Shown here piece by piece: positions 50,774 to 60,942 of a DNA stretch of 64,000 nucleotides (positions are counted from its first letter, which is position 1; each line of letters starts with the position of its first letter). Position numbers and translations under genes: made by a program. Source of the DNA: Armatimonadota bacterium (lineage in GTDB: Bacteria > Sysuimicrobiota > Sysuimicrobiia > Sysuimicrobiales > Humicultoraceae); contig JBBIOM010000001.1 in assembly GCA_037443365.1 (NCBI GenBank), forward strand, positions 22,442-86,441. The letters are read 5' to 3'. A model generated the notes under the pieces. That model made no database searches and was not told the DNA's origin. It saw only the letters and a list, made by a program, of their open reading frames with translations.

Positions 50774-53668
50774 CTAGACGTCCCGGGCGGCCTTCACCCG
50801 CTCCCGGAGGGCCGCCTGCGCAGCAGCCAGGCGGGCGACGGGCACCCGGTACGGCGAGCAGCTCACGTAGTTGAGCCCCAGCGAGTGGCAGAACTCTACC
50901 GACTCGGGATCCCCACCGTGCTCGCCGCAGATGCCTATCTCCAGGCCGGGACGCTGGGCGCGCCCCCCTGATACCGCCAGCCGCATGGCCTCACCGACAC
51001 CCTTGCGGTCGATCGTCTGGAACGGGTTCTTGGGCAGGATCCCCTTCTCGACGTACTGCAGCAGGAACTTGCCCTCCGCGTCATCGCGGGAGATGCCAAA
51101 GACGGTCTGCGTGAGATCGTTCGTGCCAAACGAGAAGAACTCGGCTTGCTGCGCTATCTCGCCGGCCGCGAAGCAGGCACGCGGCAGCTCTATCATGGTG
51201 CCAAACTTGTAGGCGACCTCAACCTCCTCGCGCTCGAGCACGGCGCGAACGACCGCCACCAGCTCGCGGTGCGTCTCGCGCAACTCGTTGACGTGGCTGA
51301 CAAGAGGGATCATGATCTCTGGCATCGCCACGATGCCCCGCTTCGTTACGCGACAGGCCGCCTCCATTATCGCCCTGACCTGCATCGCGATGATCTCGGG
51401 GTAGGCGAGCCCCAGCCGGATTCCGCGAAGGCCCAGCATCGGATTGGCCTCGCGCATCGCGCCGACGGCGCGAAGCGCCGCCTCCCTGCGACGCAACCGT
51501 GCACGCAGCGACGCCAGTGAGGGCTGGCCCTTCCGGGGCCGCCACCGGGGCACACCCTCCAGCGCTTCCACCCGGGCGCGCAGCGCGCTTACCTCTTCCA
51601 GCAGTGAATCGTGCGATGGCAGGAACTCGTGCAGGGGCGGGTCGATGAGGCGGATGATGACGGGCAGGCCGTCCATCGCCCTGAACAGCCCCTCGAAATC
51701 CCGGCGCTGGAGCCCAAGGAGGGTGGATAGCGCGCCCTGGTACAGGCGCACCGCCCGGGAGGACCGCATCGTCCGCCGCGCCGCCAGAAGCTCGGACGCG
51801 AGCTTCTTGTCATCGGGCCGTTCGGCGGCCGCGCGCTCCGCTGCCCGGCACCTGCTGATTGCGGCCTGGGCTTCCCCGGCGTTGAGGATCATCTGGCGCA
51901 CGGCCGGCAGGCGGTCCTCCTCGAAGAACATGTGCTCGGTCCGGCACAAACCGATCCCCTCGGCCCCGAAGCCGCGTGCGCGGACCGCGTCGCGCGGGTA
52001 GTCCGCGTTCGCCCACACGCCCAGGCGACGCTCGGCATCGGCCCACGAAAGCAACTCCATGAGATCTACCTGCTCCTCGAGCCTGGGCTCGATCGCCGGC
52101 AGCTCGCCCGAGAACACCTCCCCGGTGCCGCCGTCAATCGAGATGTGCTCGCCCTGCCGGATCGTGCGCCCGTTCGCCAGGAGCCGGCGGCCCTCCACGT
52201 CGACGCGTATCGCCTCGCAACCAGCAACGCAGGGCAGGCCGAGTCCGCGCGCCACGACCGCGGCATGGCTTGTGGCACCGCCGCGGCTCGTCAGTATCCC
52301 CTTGGCGCTGAGCATTCCGTGCACGTCGTCGGGGTTGGTCTCCGGCCTGACAAGGATGACCGGCCTGCCGGCCTTGCCCCACTCCTCGGCGGTGTCGGCG
52401 TCGAAGACAGCCAGGCCCACGGCCGCCCCAGGAGACGCGTTGAGTCCGCGGGCCAGGAAGCGTCCGGCCGCGGCCGCCGCCTCCTTCGCGCGCGCGTCGA
52501 ACCGGGGGTGGAGCAGCATATCGATCTGTCCTGGCTCGACGCGCAGCAGCGCCTCGCCCTTCGAGATCAGTCCTTCGCGCGCCATGTCCACGGCGACCTT
52601 GACCGCGGCCTGCGCGGTCCGCTTACCGGTCCGCGTCTGCAGCATCCAGAGCCGGCCCCGCTCGATCGTGAACTCCAGGTCCTGCACGTCGCGGTAGTGC
52701 CGCTCGAGCATCTCGCAGACGCCAATGAACTCCTCGTAGGCCTTCGGGATGTCGCGAGCCAGCTCGTGAATCGGCTTGGGATTGCGTATTCCCGCGACCA
52801 CGTCCTCGCCCTGCGCGTTCATCAGGTACTCACCGAACACTGCGCGCTCACCGGTCGCGGGGTTGCGGGTGAAGGCCACACCGGTCCCCGAGTCCGATCC
52901 CATGTTTCCGAAGACCATGACCTGCACGTTCACTGCAGTGCCCAGGTCGTGCGAGATCCCGTGGAAGTTGCGGTAGTCAACCGCCCGCTTACCCTGCCAT
53001 GAATCGAACACGGCCTGGATCGCCATCCGGAGCTGCCTGCGCGGATCCTGGGGAAACTCGATCCCCCGCTCGGACTGGATGAGCCGGCGGAAGGCCTCCG
53101 CTATGCCGCGCAGGTCGTCCGCGTCCAGGTCGGTGTCCTGGGCGACGCGCCGCCGCGCCTTGGCGCGCTGGATTATGTGCTCGAACTGCTCCCCGGGTAT
53201 GCCCAGGACGGTCTTCCCAAACATCTGGACGAGCCGGCGGTACGCATCACGCGCGAAGCGCTCGTTGCCCGTCTGCCGGGCCAGGCCGACGATGGTCTTG
53301 TCGTTCAGCCCCAGGTTGAGCACCGTGTCCATCATCCCGGGCATGCTGAAGACGGCCCCCGACCGCACCGAGACGAGCAGCGGGTTGGAGGGGTCACCGA
53401 AGCGCTTGCCCACCTTCTCCTCGATGACGCGCATCCGAGCCTCCACCTCGTCGAACAACCCGGCGGGTATCTTGCGTCCAGCGCGCATGTACTCCACGCA
53501 GGCGCCCGTGTTGATCGTAAACCCGGGCGGGACCGGCAGGCCCACACGGCACATCTCTGCCAACCCCGCGCCCTTGCCGCCCAGCAGTTCGCGCTTCGAC
53601 GCATCGCCCTCCTCGAAGAGATGCGTCCACCGCAACCCGCTGGCCGCGTCCTTCCCTGCACCCGCCAT
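50774..53668 (-). CDS. ppdK: pyruvate, phosphate dikinase
   Basis: 964 aa with ATP-grasp N-terminus (LLGGKGAGLAEM), central phospho-His domain (GGATSHAAVVARG) and C-terminal PEP-utilising TIM barrel (NDLTQ, CGE). It carries lineage-specific insertions, being ~80 aa longer than typical PPDK. Confidence 0.9.
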   Translation of the reverse strand: MAGAGKDAASGLRWTHLFEEGDASKRELLGGKGAGLAEMCRVGLPVPPGFTINTGACVEYMRAGRKIPAGLFDEVEARMRVIEEKVGKRFGDPSNPLLVSVRSGAVFSMPGMMDTVLNLGLNDKTIVGLARQTGNERFARDAYRRLVQMFGKTVLGIPGEQFEHIIQRAKARRRVAQDTDLDADDLRGIAEAFRRLIQSERGIEFPQDPRRQLRMAIQAVFDSWQGKRAVDYRNFHGISHDLGTAVNVQVMVFGNMGSDSGTGVAFTRNPATGERAVFGEYLMNAQGEDVVAGIRNPKPIHELARDIPKAYEEFIGVCEMLERHYRDVQDLEFTIERGRLWMLQTRTGKRTAQAAVKVAVDMAREGLISKGEALLRVEPGQIDMLLHPRFDARAKEAAAAAGRFLARGLNASPGAAVGLAVFDADTAEEWGKAGRPVILVRPETNPDDVHGMLSAKGILTSRGGATSHAAVVARGLGLPCVAGCEAIRVDVEGRRLLANGRTIRQGEHISIDGGTGEVFSGELPAIEPRLEEQVDLMELLSWADAERRLGVWANADYPRDAVRARGFGAEGIGLCRTEHMFFEEDRLPAVRQMILNAGEAQAAISRCRAAERAAAERPDDKKLASELLAARRTMRSSRAVRLYQGALSTLLGLQRRDFEGLFRAMDGLPVIIRLIDPPLHEFLPSHDSLLEEVSALRARVEALEGVPRWRPRKGQPSLASLRARLRRREAALRAVGAMREANPMLGLRGIRLGLAYPEIIAMQVRAIMEAACRVTKRGIVAMPEIMIPLVSHVNELRETHRELVAVVRAVLEREEVEVAYKFGTMIELPRACFAAGEIAQQAEFFSFGTNDLTQTVFGISRDDAEGKFLLQYVEKGILPKNPFQTIDRKGVGEAMRLAVSGGRAQRPGLEIGICGEHGGDPESVEFCHSLGLNYVSCSPYRVPVARLAAAQAALRERVKAARDV

Positions 53669-53684
53669 CCAACATCACTCCCCT

Positions 53685-55815
53685 CTAGATCACCAGCACG
53701 CCGAAGTCGGCGATCTTCCTGAAGCTTCCGGACACCCTCTCCAGCAGCGCCAGGCGGTTCTCGCGAAGCGCCGCATCCGGCGCGTTCACGAGTACCTTGT
53801 CGAAGAAGCCGTCTATTGGGCCTGCCAGGGTCGCGATCTCCGCCAGTGCCAGCGCGTACTGCCGCGACTGGGCGGCCGAGGTCAACCTGGGGTGGGCCCG
53901 CAGCCATGCCCCGTGTAGTTCCATCTCCGCCGGTTCCACCAGCAGCTCCTCGCGGAGGCCCCCTTGGGCTACATCGCGAGCCCCTTCGCCGATTGAGGTC
54001 CGGCCGGCCTGAACGAGGATGCGGTGAACCCTCAGGTAGCCCGTCACCAGGAGCGGCATCACGGGCTGCGCCCTAAGCTCGTGGAGTGCGCGTGCGCGAG
54101 CGACGAGATCAGGAACATCATCAGAGCCCACAGCGAGGGTGGCGTTGATCGTGTCGTACGCGAGCCCCTCCTCCGTCAGCATGCCGACAAGCCGCTGCTG
54201 TGCAATGCGAACACATGCCGCCGCGACACGTGCGCGGTCTCCATCCGGCGCGTCAAAAGTCATTGCCGCCTGGCCGAACAGCTCGCGCAGGGATATCGCC
54301 AGACCGTGTTCGCGCAGAACGGTCGCAATCCCAGATGCGGCCCGCCGTATGCCGTGGGGATCCTGCGATCCGCTGGGCTCAAGCCCGGCGTGCACGGCGC
54401 CCGCCATCAGCACGGCGCGGTCAGCCAGGGACAGCAGCGCGCCGGGAAGGCTGCGCGGCAGGTCTGCTCCTAAGCCCCGGGGGGCGTAGTGCTCCTCGAT
54501 GGCGACGGCGACGGTCTCGGCCTCGCCCCTCTCCCTCGCATAGATCGCGCCGATCGCGCCCTGCAACTCCGGGAACTCCCTTACGAGAGAGGTCGTGAGG
54601 TCGGCCTTGCACAACCGCGCGGCCCGATCCAGCGCTCGGCCGTCGGAGTCCGAGATGCCGAGGGCGTCAGCCAGCCATCGTGCCAGGTGGCACACGCGAC
54701 TCACGTGGTCGGCCACGGTCCCCAGCCCCTCGACGTGGGCTACACGGGTCAGGGCCTCGTTCCACTGGTCGAATCCGCTGCGACGGTCCTCCTCCAGGAA
54801 GAAGAGCGCGTCCTTGAGCCGCGCCCGCACGACCCACTCGTGGCCGGTACGCACCACATCGAGATGGGAAGTCCCGCCGTCCCGCACGGTCACGAACGCC
54901 GGCACAAGTGCGCCTGAGCCGTCCACGATGCCGAAGCACTTCTGGTGATGCTGCAGCGTCACCCGAACCACAATAGGAGGCAGGGCAGCCACAAGATCCG
55001 CCTCCAACCGGCCCAGCACCGGGGTCGGGTGCTCGGTGGACCACACGAGTTCTTCCAGGAGGGCCTCGTCCAGCACCGGCCGGCCGGCCACGGTCCCAGC
55101 CAGCGTGGTCGTACCCCCTGCGATGCGGGCGCGTCGCTCCTCGGCCGAGAGCAGAACCCGCGCCCGCCTCATGATGCCCTCGTAGTCGGCCGCCCTGGCG
55201 ACGGCGGCCCTGCCGGGCGCCAGGAACCGGTGCCCGACGGTGCGCCGTCCTGCCCTCACACCCGCGATCTCCAAGGGAATGACACGCCCGTCGAGCAGCG
55301 CGACGATCCATCGAATGGGGCGGCCAAAGCGGAACCCGCCAGCGTTCCACCGCATCATCTTGGGAAACGTCAGCCCGGCCGCCAGGCGTGGCAACAGCTC
55401 TCTCAGAACCTCCGCGGCAGGGCGGCCGGTCTCCCGAACCTCGGCGACGACGTACCTGCCGCCTTCGATCTCGCACGCCCGCAGCGACTCCACGGCGACT
55501 CCTTGCGACCGTGCGAATCCGTGCGCGGCAGCCGTCGGGCACCCATCCGCGTCGTAGGCGATCCTGGCCGCGGGGCCGCGCACCTGCGTTACGAGGTCGC
55601 GCTGCCGCGAACTCAAACCTTGGGCGGTCAGCACCAGCCTGCGCAGCGTGCCGGTGGTCGCCAGCCGCTCGGCATCCAGCCGCGCATCGCCCAGGACAGC
55701 CGTCGCATCGCGCAGCAGCTGCTCGAGCGCAGGGCGCACTGCCGCGGGCGGGAGCTCCTCGGTCCCGATCTCGAGGAGCAACCTGGGCGCAGAAGGACGC
55801 CTCGCGCCCGGCCGC

Positions 55816-55823
<8 letters not shown>
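53685..55823 (-). CDS. glyS: glycine--tRNA ligase beta subunit
   Basis: 712 aa with GlyS N-terminus [11 protein letters not shown] and the anticodon-binding region. Its start overlaps the glyQ stop by 8 nt, so the true start may be slightly downstream. Confidence 0.9.
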
Positions 55824-56715
<892 letters not shown>

Positions 56716-56752
56716 ATACAGAAGCAGAGCCCCGTCACGGCGACGGGAGCTC
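56716..56752 (-). terminator. terminator/attenuator-like hairpin (GAGCTCCCGTC...GACGGGGCTC) followed by U-rich tract UGCUUCUGUAU directly before the glyQ ATG
   Basis: Read from the minus strand of the 65-nt glyQ leader. No SD sequence is visible, and the leader is too short for a T-box element. Confidence 0.3.
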
Positions 56753-56781
56753 CGCGAACATGGCTGGCGGAATACCCGAGT

Positions 56782-56810
56782 ATTCTACCAACCGCGCCAG
56801 ACGGGGTCAA
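56782..56810 (-). promoter_or_regulatory. sigma70-type promoter TTGACC-17-TAGAAT for glyQS
   Basis: Near-consensus hexamers at ideal spacing immediately after the stop of the upstream small ORF. Confidence 0.45.
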
Positions 56811-56815
56811 CGCGC

Positions 56816-57070
56816 CTAGCCGATCCCCAGCGGCTCTTCCTCGCGTGAGCACCGCCTGATCGCGGGAACCGGAAGGGCGGAGACCACCGCGGCCGCTGCG
56901 AAGGCCACCAGCCCCGCAACCGCCCAGGACATCGGCAGTTCGATCACATCCGACTCCGTCTTGAGGCGCACAACGGACCCTGCCCCTGGCTGGATCACGC
57001 CGCGGGCTTCGGCCAGGGCGGCGCCCAGGTCTATGATCGCACGCCGCGCCCGGTCGAGATCAATGTCCAT
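56816..57070 (-). CDS. small hypothetical protein (84 aa), soluble N-terminal half plus one C-terminal TM helix
   Basis: Strong RBS GAGAGGAGGT 6 nt upstream of the ATG, starting 34 nt after the recO stop. Confidence 0.45.
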   Translation of the reverse strand: MDIDLDRARRAIIDLGAALAEARGVIQPGAGSVVRLKTESDVIELPMSWAVAGLVAFAAAAVVSALPVPAIRRCSREEEPLGIG

Positions 57071-57104
57071 GCGGGTACCTCCTCTCGATTCACAGCCACG
57101 CTGA

Positions 57105-57845
57105 CTATACCATAGAGAGCGCCCGGACGACCGCGGGAGACCTCAGGCGGGTCTCCCAGCACGCCTCGGCGTACGCGAACAGCAGGTCCGCCACAGCGGA
57201 GCGCACGCCGGGCGCGGGGGCCAGGCGGCGAACCGCGGACGGGGACGCGTCGAGCAGGAACCGCAGGAGGGCCTGCGCGGCCGGGGCGACTTGCACCGCA
57301 TCGGGATCTCGGGAACAGCAACCGGCGTGCACACACCCGCCGAGGACGTTGCTCCACCGGCCCTCACCGCGCACGCGCAGCCCGCACACCGGGCAGTGAC
57401 CCACCACGGGGCGATGTCCTGTCAGAACCAGCAGCCGGGCGGCAAACCACAGACCAGCGCAAGCGCAGCCGGCCCCCAGCAGGCTCAGGGCGTCGCGCAG
57501 GAGCGCGTAGACATCGGGGTGTGGATGCCGATCAGCCAGCGCCCGGTCGGCCATCTCCAGCATGACGTGGGCCGGGCCCATGCGTTCGATCTCCCTCCGG
57601 AGTCTCGCGTGCGCGTCGAGCACCTCCACCTGAGAGACCACATCGAGCGTACGGCCCTCCGCCACCAGGGCGCGAAATCTCGTTGGGGGCTCCAGGCGAC
57701 CGCCCAAACGGCTGCGGGGGCGCCGCGCGCCCCTGGCCGCGAGGACGATCTTGCCCCTATCGCGCGAAAGCACCGTGACCAGCCTGTCCGCCTCTCCCAA
57801 GTTGCGGCGGCGCAGTACGACGGCCTCGATCTTGTAGAGCCCCAT
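57105..57845 (-). CDS. recO: DNA repair protein RecO
   Basis: 246 aa with N-terminal OB fold (LYKIEAVVLRRRNLGEADRLVTVLSRDRGKI) and a 4-Cys zinc motif (CPVCG...C..C). Confidence 0.85.
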   Translation of the reverse strand: MGLYKIEAVVLRRRNLGEADRLVTVLSRDRGKIVLAARGARRPRSRLGGRLEPPTRFRALVAEGRTLDVVSQVEVLDAHARLRREIERMGPAHVMLEMADRALADRHPHPDVYALLRDALSLLGAGCACAGLWFAARLLVLTGHRPVVGHCPVCGLRVRGEGRWSNVLGGCVHAGCCSRDPDAVQVAPAAQALLRFLLDASPSAVRRLAPAPGVRSAVADLLFAYAEACWETRLRSPAVVRALSMV

Positions 57846-57848
57846 TGC

Positions 57849-59081
57849 CTAGAAGCTGCCTGCGAGCAGCAGCGCGGTCAGCAGAATCAGCAAAGCGATC
57901 GTGGCGCCGGCCACAAGGTTCGCGCCGCGGCCGTTCACGCTGTCGCCCATGAGGCGCCGGTCATTGACCAGGCGCAGGATGATCACGAGCACCGCGGGCA
58001 GGAGAATACCGTTGAGCGCCTGCGACGCTACCATCACCGGGACGAGAGGCAGCCGCGGCCACAGCACCACGAGCGCGCTGCCCGCCAGCACCGCGAGGAA
58101 CAGGCCGTAGAAGATGGGCGCCTGCGAAACGGAGCGGTCCAGGCCTGCCTCCCAGCCGAACGCCTCGCACACCGCGTAGGCGGTGCACAGCGGGATGATC
58201 GCGACCGAAAACACGGCGGCGTTGAGCAGTCCGATGGCGAAGAGGATGGAGGCGTACTGCCCCGCCAGAGGGGCCAGCGCTCGCGCCGCGTCCTCGGCGC
58301 GAGTCACCTGGATGCCGTGGGGGAAGAGCGTGGCGGCGGTGGCCACGATGATGGACCCGGCTACCAGCACCGTGACGAGTGCACCGAGTGTCAGGTCCAC
58401 GCGCTCCAGGCGGAGGTCGTCCGCGGTCAGGCCCTTGTCCACGACGGACGCCTGATGGTAGAACTGCATCCACGGCGCTATCGTCGTCCCGATCAACGCG
58501 ACGAGCAGGAAGACGTAGTCGGTCTCGGGCCGCCACGCGGGCACGACCGTAGAGCGAAGCGCAGCGCCCCAGTCTGGACGCGCCAGCACCGCCGAGACGG
58601 CGTACAGGAGGTAGATGGCGGACGCGCCCAGGAAGATGCGTTCAACCAACCGGTAGCCGCCGCGCAGGACCAAACCGGCCACCGCCACGGTGACAACGGG
58701 AACCCCTACCGCCCGCGGCAGGCCGAAGATCTCCAGGCTGCCAGCCACGCCCGCGAAGTTCCCGATCGTGTTGGCCGCGTTGGCCAGCACGAGCGCGAAC
58801 ATGATCGCGGCGGTTGCCCGAACCCCGAACTGCTCGCGTATGAGGTCGGCCAGGCCCATGCCGGTTGTCGCGCCCATGCGCGCCACCATCTCCTGTATGA
58901 CGATCAGGGCGATCGTGGCGACCGGGAGCGTCCACAGCAGAGCGTAGCCGAAGTGCGCGCCGGCGGTGGAGTACGTGGCGATACCGTTGGCGTCGTTGTC
59001 CACCGCCGCGGTGATGATCCCGGGGCCTGCCACCGTCAGGAACAGCGCGAGGCCCATCCAGCGGCGCCTGAGCCAGGACAA
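57849..59081 (-). CDS. mntH: NRAMP family divalent metal (Mn2+/Fe2+) transporter
   Basis: 410 aa, 11 TM, with NRAMP signature motifs (GPGIITAAVDNDANGIATYSTAGA, metal-binding DPGN-like region, MPH-like QFYHQ). Confidence 0.85.
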   Translation of the reverse strand: MSWLRRRWMGLALFLTVAGPGIITAAVDNDANGIATYSTAGAHFGYALLWTLPVATIALIVIQEMVARMGATTGMGLADLIREQFGVRATAAIMFALVLANAANTIGNFAGVAGSLEIFGLPRAVGVPVVTVAVAGLVLRGGYRLVERIFLGASAIYLLYAVSAVLARPDWGAALRSTVVPAWRPETDYVFLLVALIGTTIAPWMQFYHQASVVDKGLTADDLRLERVDLTLGALVTVLVAGSIIVATAATLFPHGIQVTRAEDAARALAPLAGQYASILFAIGLLNAAVFSVAIIPLCTAYAVCEAFGWEAGLDRSVSQAPIFYGLFLAVLAGSALVVLWPRLPLVPVMVASQALNGILLPAVLVIILRLVNDRRLMGDSVNGRGANLVAGATIALLILLTALLLAGSF

Positions 59082-59087
59082 ACCCGT

Positions 59088-60374
59088 CTACCCTCGCCGC
59101 ACCCTGCGGAGGCGCTCCAGACGGCGCGGCATCCGCTCGCCCAACCGCTCGGCCAGCAGATCCATCACGTCGTCCACCAGAACGGTGCCCAAGAGGCGGT
59201 CCTGCGCGTCCACCACCGGAATAGCCAGGAGATCGTACTTGATCAGCGCAGCCGCGGCGGCTTCCTCGCTCTCGTCGGCGCGCACGGCTATCACGTCCTG
59301 GGATGCGATCTCCAACACGGGGGTCTGCGGGTCCGCTATCAGCAATCCTCGAAGCGAGAGGACCCCGGCCAGCCTCCCGTCGGGGCGGATGACGTACAGG
59401 TAGTAGATCGCCTCGGCGTCGGGTGCCAGCTCGCGGAGGTGCGCGATCGCCTGCCCTGCCGAGTGGGAGTCGGGTATCGCGATGAAGCTCGGCGTCATGC
59501 GTCCCCCGGCCGAGGCCGGAGGGTACGCGAGGAGCCGGGAGACCTCGGCCCCGGCCTCGGGCTCCATGCGCACGATAAGGTCTGTCGCGGTCTCTTCCGG
59601 GAGTTCGGCCAGCGCATCCGCAGCCTCGTCGGGCTCCATCTCCTCCAGGATGTCCGAGGCGCGCTCAGCCGGAAGCGACCGCAGGATGTTGGCCTGCACC
59701 TCCGGCTCGGCCGCCTCGAGCACCTCGGCCGCGTCCTCCTGGGATAGGGCCGACATGACCTCCATGCGCCCCTCCCTGTCCATCTCGGTAAGCAGGTCCG
59801 CCAGATCGGCCGGGTGGATTGCTTCCAGCCGCTCCCTGGAGATGTGCAGCTTCAGGGGTGTGACCGGCCCCCCCAGAGCAGCCACCACGGTCCACGGCAG
59901 GGCCTGGTCGGCGAGGGAACGTCCCATCCACCGCAGGACGGATCGCACGGCGGCCTCGGCGCCAAGGCGCCGCAGGAGCCCGCCGAGCCCCACGTCCACG
60001 CCGGTCAGGTAGAGCTCGCCGTCGCCCGGGGAGAGAAACAGATCGTTGACCTTCACGATGCGCAGGCCGTGGGTATCCACGACCTGCTTGTCCAAGAGGG
60101 ATTCTCGCAGAGGGATCTCGTCGGGCTGGAGCGGGCGAGGGCTGAGCGCGGCCCGAGGCACATCCAGCGTGACCGCGGGCTCCATGTCGCGGACCGCGCT
60201 CCAGGGAATCAGCGCGACCCGAGGGCGATCTACATCAAGCAGCAGTCCGACGATGCGCGGGCGGGTGGGATGGACCTCAGCGGCCAGGTCGGCCAGGCGC
60301 CCCAGCACGAAGCCTTCGGCATCCTGCACCCGCCTGCCCAGCAACCGGCTGAAGGGCAGAGACACGACCTGCAA
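59088..60374 (-). CDS. PRC-barrel / MgtE_N / tandem CBS domain protein lacking the MgtE transmembrane pore
   Basis: 428 aa with an N-terminal PRC-barrel-like ~80 aa, an acidic helical MgtE_N domain (E/D-rich 200-290) and two CBS motifs, but no TM segments. TTG start behind an AGGAG SD; ends 7 nt before mntH. Confidence 0.65.
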   Translation of the reverse strand: MQVVSLPFSRLLGRRVQDAEGFVLGRLADLAAEVHPTRPRIVGLLLDVDRPRVALIPWSAVRDMEPAVTLDVPRAALSPRPLQPDEIPLRESLLDKQVVDTHGLRIVKVNDLFLSPGDGELYLTGVDVGLGGLLRRLGAEAAVRSVLRWMGRSLADQALPWTVVAALGGPVTPLKLHISRERLEAIHPADLADLLTEMDREGRMEVMSALSQEDAAEVLEAAEPEVQANILRSLPAERASDILEEMEPDEAADALAELPEETATDLIVRMEPEAGAEVSRLLAYPPASAGGRMTPSFIAIPDSHSAGQAIAHLRELAPDAEAIYYLYVIRPDGRLAGVLSLRGLLIADPQTPVLEIASQDVIAVRADESEEAAAAALIKYDLLAIPVVDAQDRLLGTVLVDDVMDLLAERLGERMPRRLERLRRVRRG

Positions 60375-60435
60375 GGGGAGGCTCCTGCGCGCCTTCGTCT
60401 GCGTTCATGTAGCAGTCACCGCGCACCCCTGACCC

Positions 60436-60465
60436 AATATACGAGCAGGCGTGCGGAGCCGTCAA
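60436..60465 (-). promoter_or_regulatory. candidate sigma70-type promoter TTGACG-18-TATATT for the MgtE_N/CBS-mntH(-recO) transcript, overlapped by a short post-cdd hairpin (CAGGGGA-GGAGT-TCCCCTG, 60471-60489)
   Basis: Read from the minus strand of the 124-nt cdd/MgtE_N intergenic region. The ~60 nt leader is too short for an M-box or yybP-ykoY riboswitch. Confidence 0.35.
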
Positions 60466-60498
60466 GGAATCAGGGGAACTCCTCCCCTGGTCGCCGGG

Positions 60499-60942
60499 CT
60501 AGCGCGATCCCAGGTGGGAGGAATCGAACGGCAGGCTCAGCAGATCGTTCAGGCAGAAGACCCGGGGCGCGCCCCTGGGCGCTGCCACGATGACCTCGCG
60601 CACCCCGAACTCGAGCATCACCTGGCGGCACGCGCCGCAAGGCATGGCGGCCGGGGGCCCGGAAACTACGGCGACCGCGCGCAGCCGGCGGTGCCCCTCG
60701 GCCACGGCGCGGTGGATCGCGACCCGCTCGGCGCACAGTGACAACCCGTACGAAGCGTTCTCCACGTTGCAGCCGGCGATCACCGCTCCAGACGCGGTCA
60801 GCACCGCGGCGCCCACCGAATAGCACGAGTAGGGCGAATACGAGCGCCCGCGGGCCGCACGCGCCGCGCGCACCAGTGCACGCAGCGCCGGGTGCGGCGT
60901 CTGCGGGGGGTGCGGACGAGGCAGGGGGCGTTTCACTCGCAT
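60499..60942 (-). CDS. cdd: cytidine deaminase
   Basis: Zinc-binding CDA motifs (CAERVAI, PCGACRQ). Start at internal ATG (MRVKRPL...) overlapping the upstream stop; the first 86 aa of the track ORF are junk. Confidence 0.8.
   Translation of the reverse strand: MRVKRPLPRPHPPQTPHPALRALVRAARAARGRSYSPYSCYSVGAAVLTASGAVIAGCNVENASYGLSLCAERVAIHRAVAEGHRRLRAVAVVSGPPAAMPCGACRQVMLEFGVREVIVAAPRGAPRVFCLNDLLSLPFDSSHLGSR

Noticed and set aside
56716-57104. Searched for a glycine T-box riboswitch upstream of glyQS
   Set aside because: The space is occupied by a small ORF with a strong RBS and a promoter only 65 nt from the ATG. I found no T-box consensus (AATTAGGGTGGNACCGCG) and no specifier-loop architecture.
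60375-60498. Searched for an M-box (Mg) or yybP-ykoY (Mn) riboswitch upstream of the MgtE_N/CBS-mntH operon
   Set aside because: The leader after the candidate promoter is only ~60 nt. It is too short and lacks the conserved motifs; only a promoter and a small hairpin are present.
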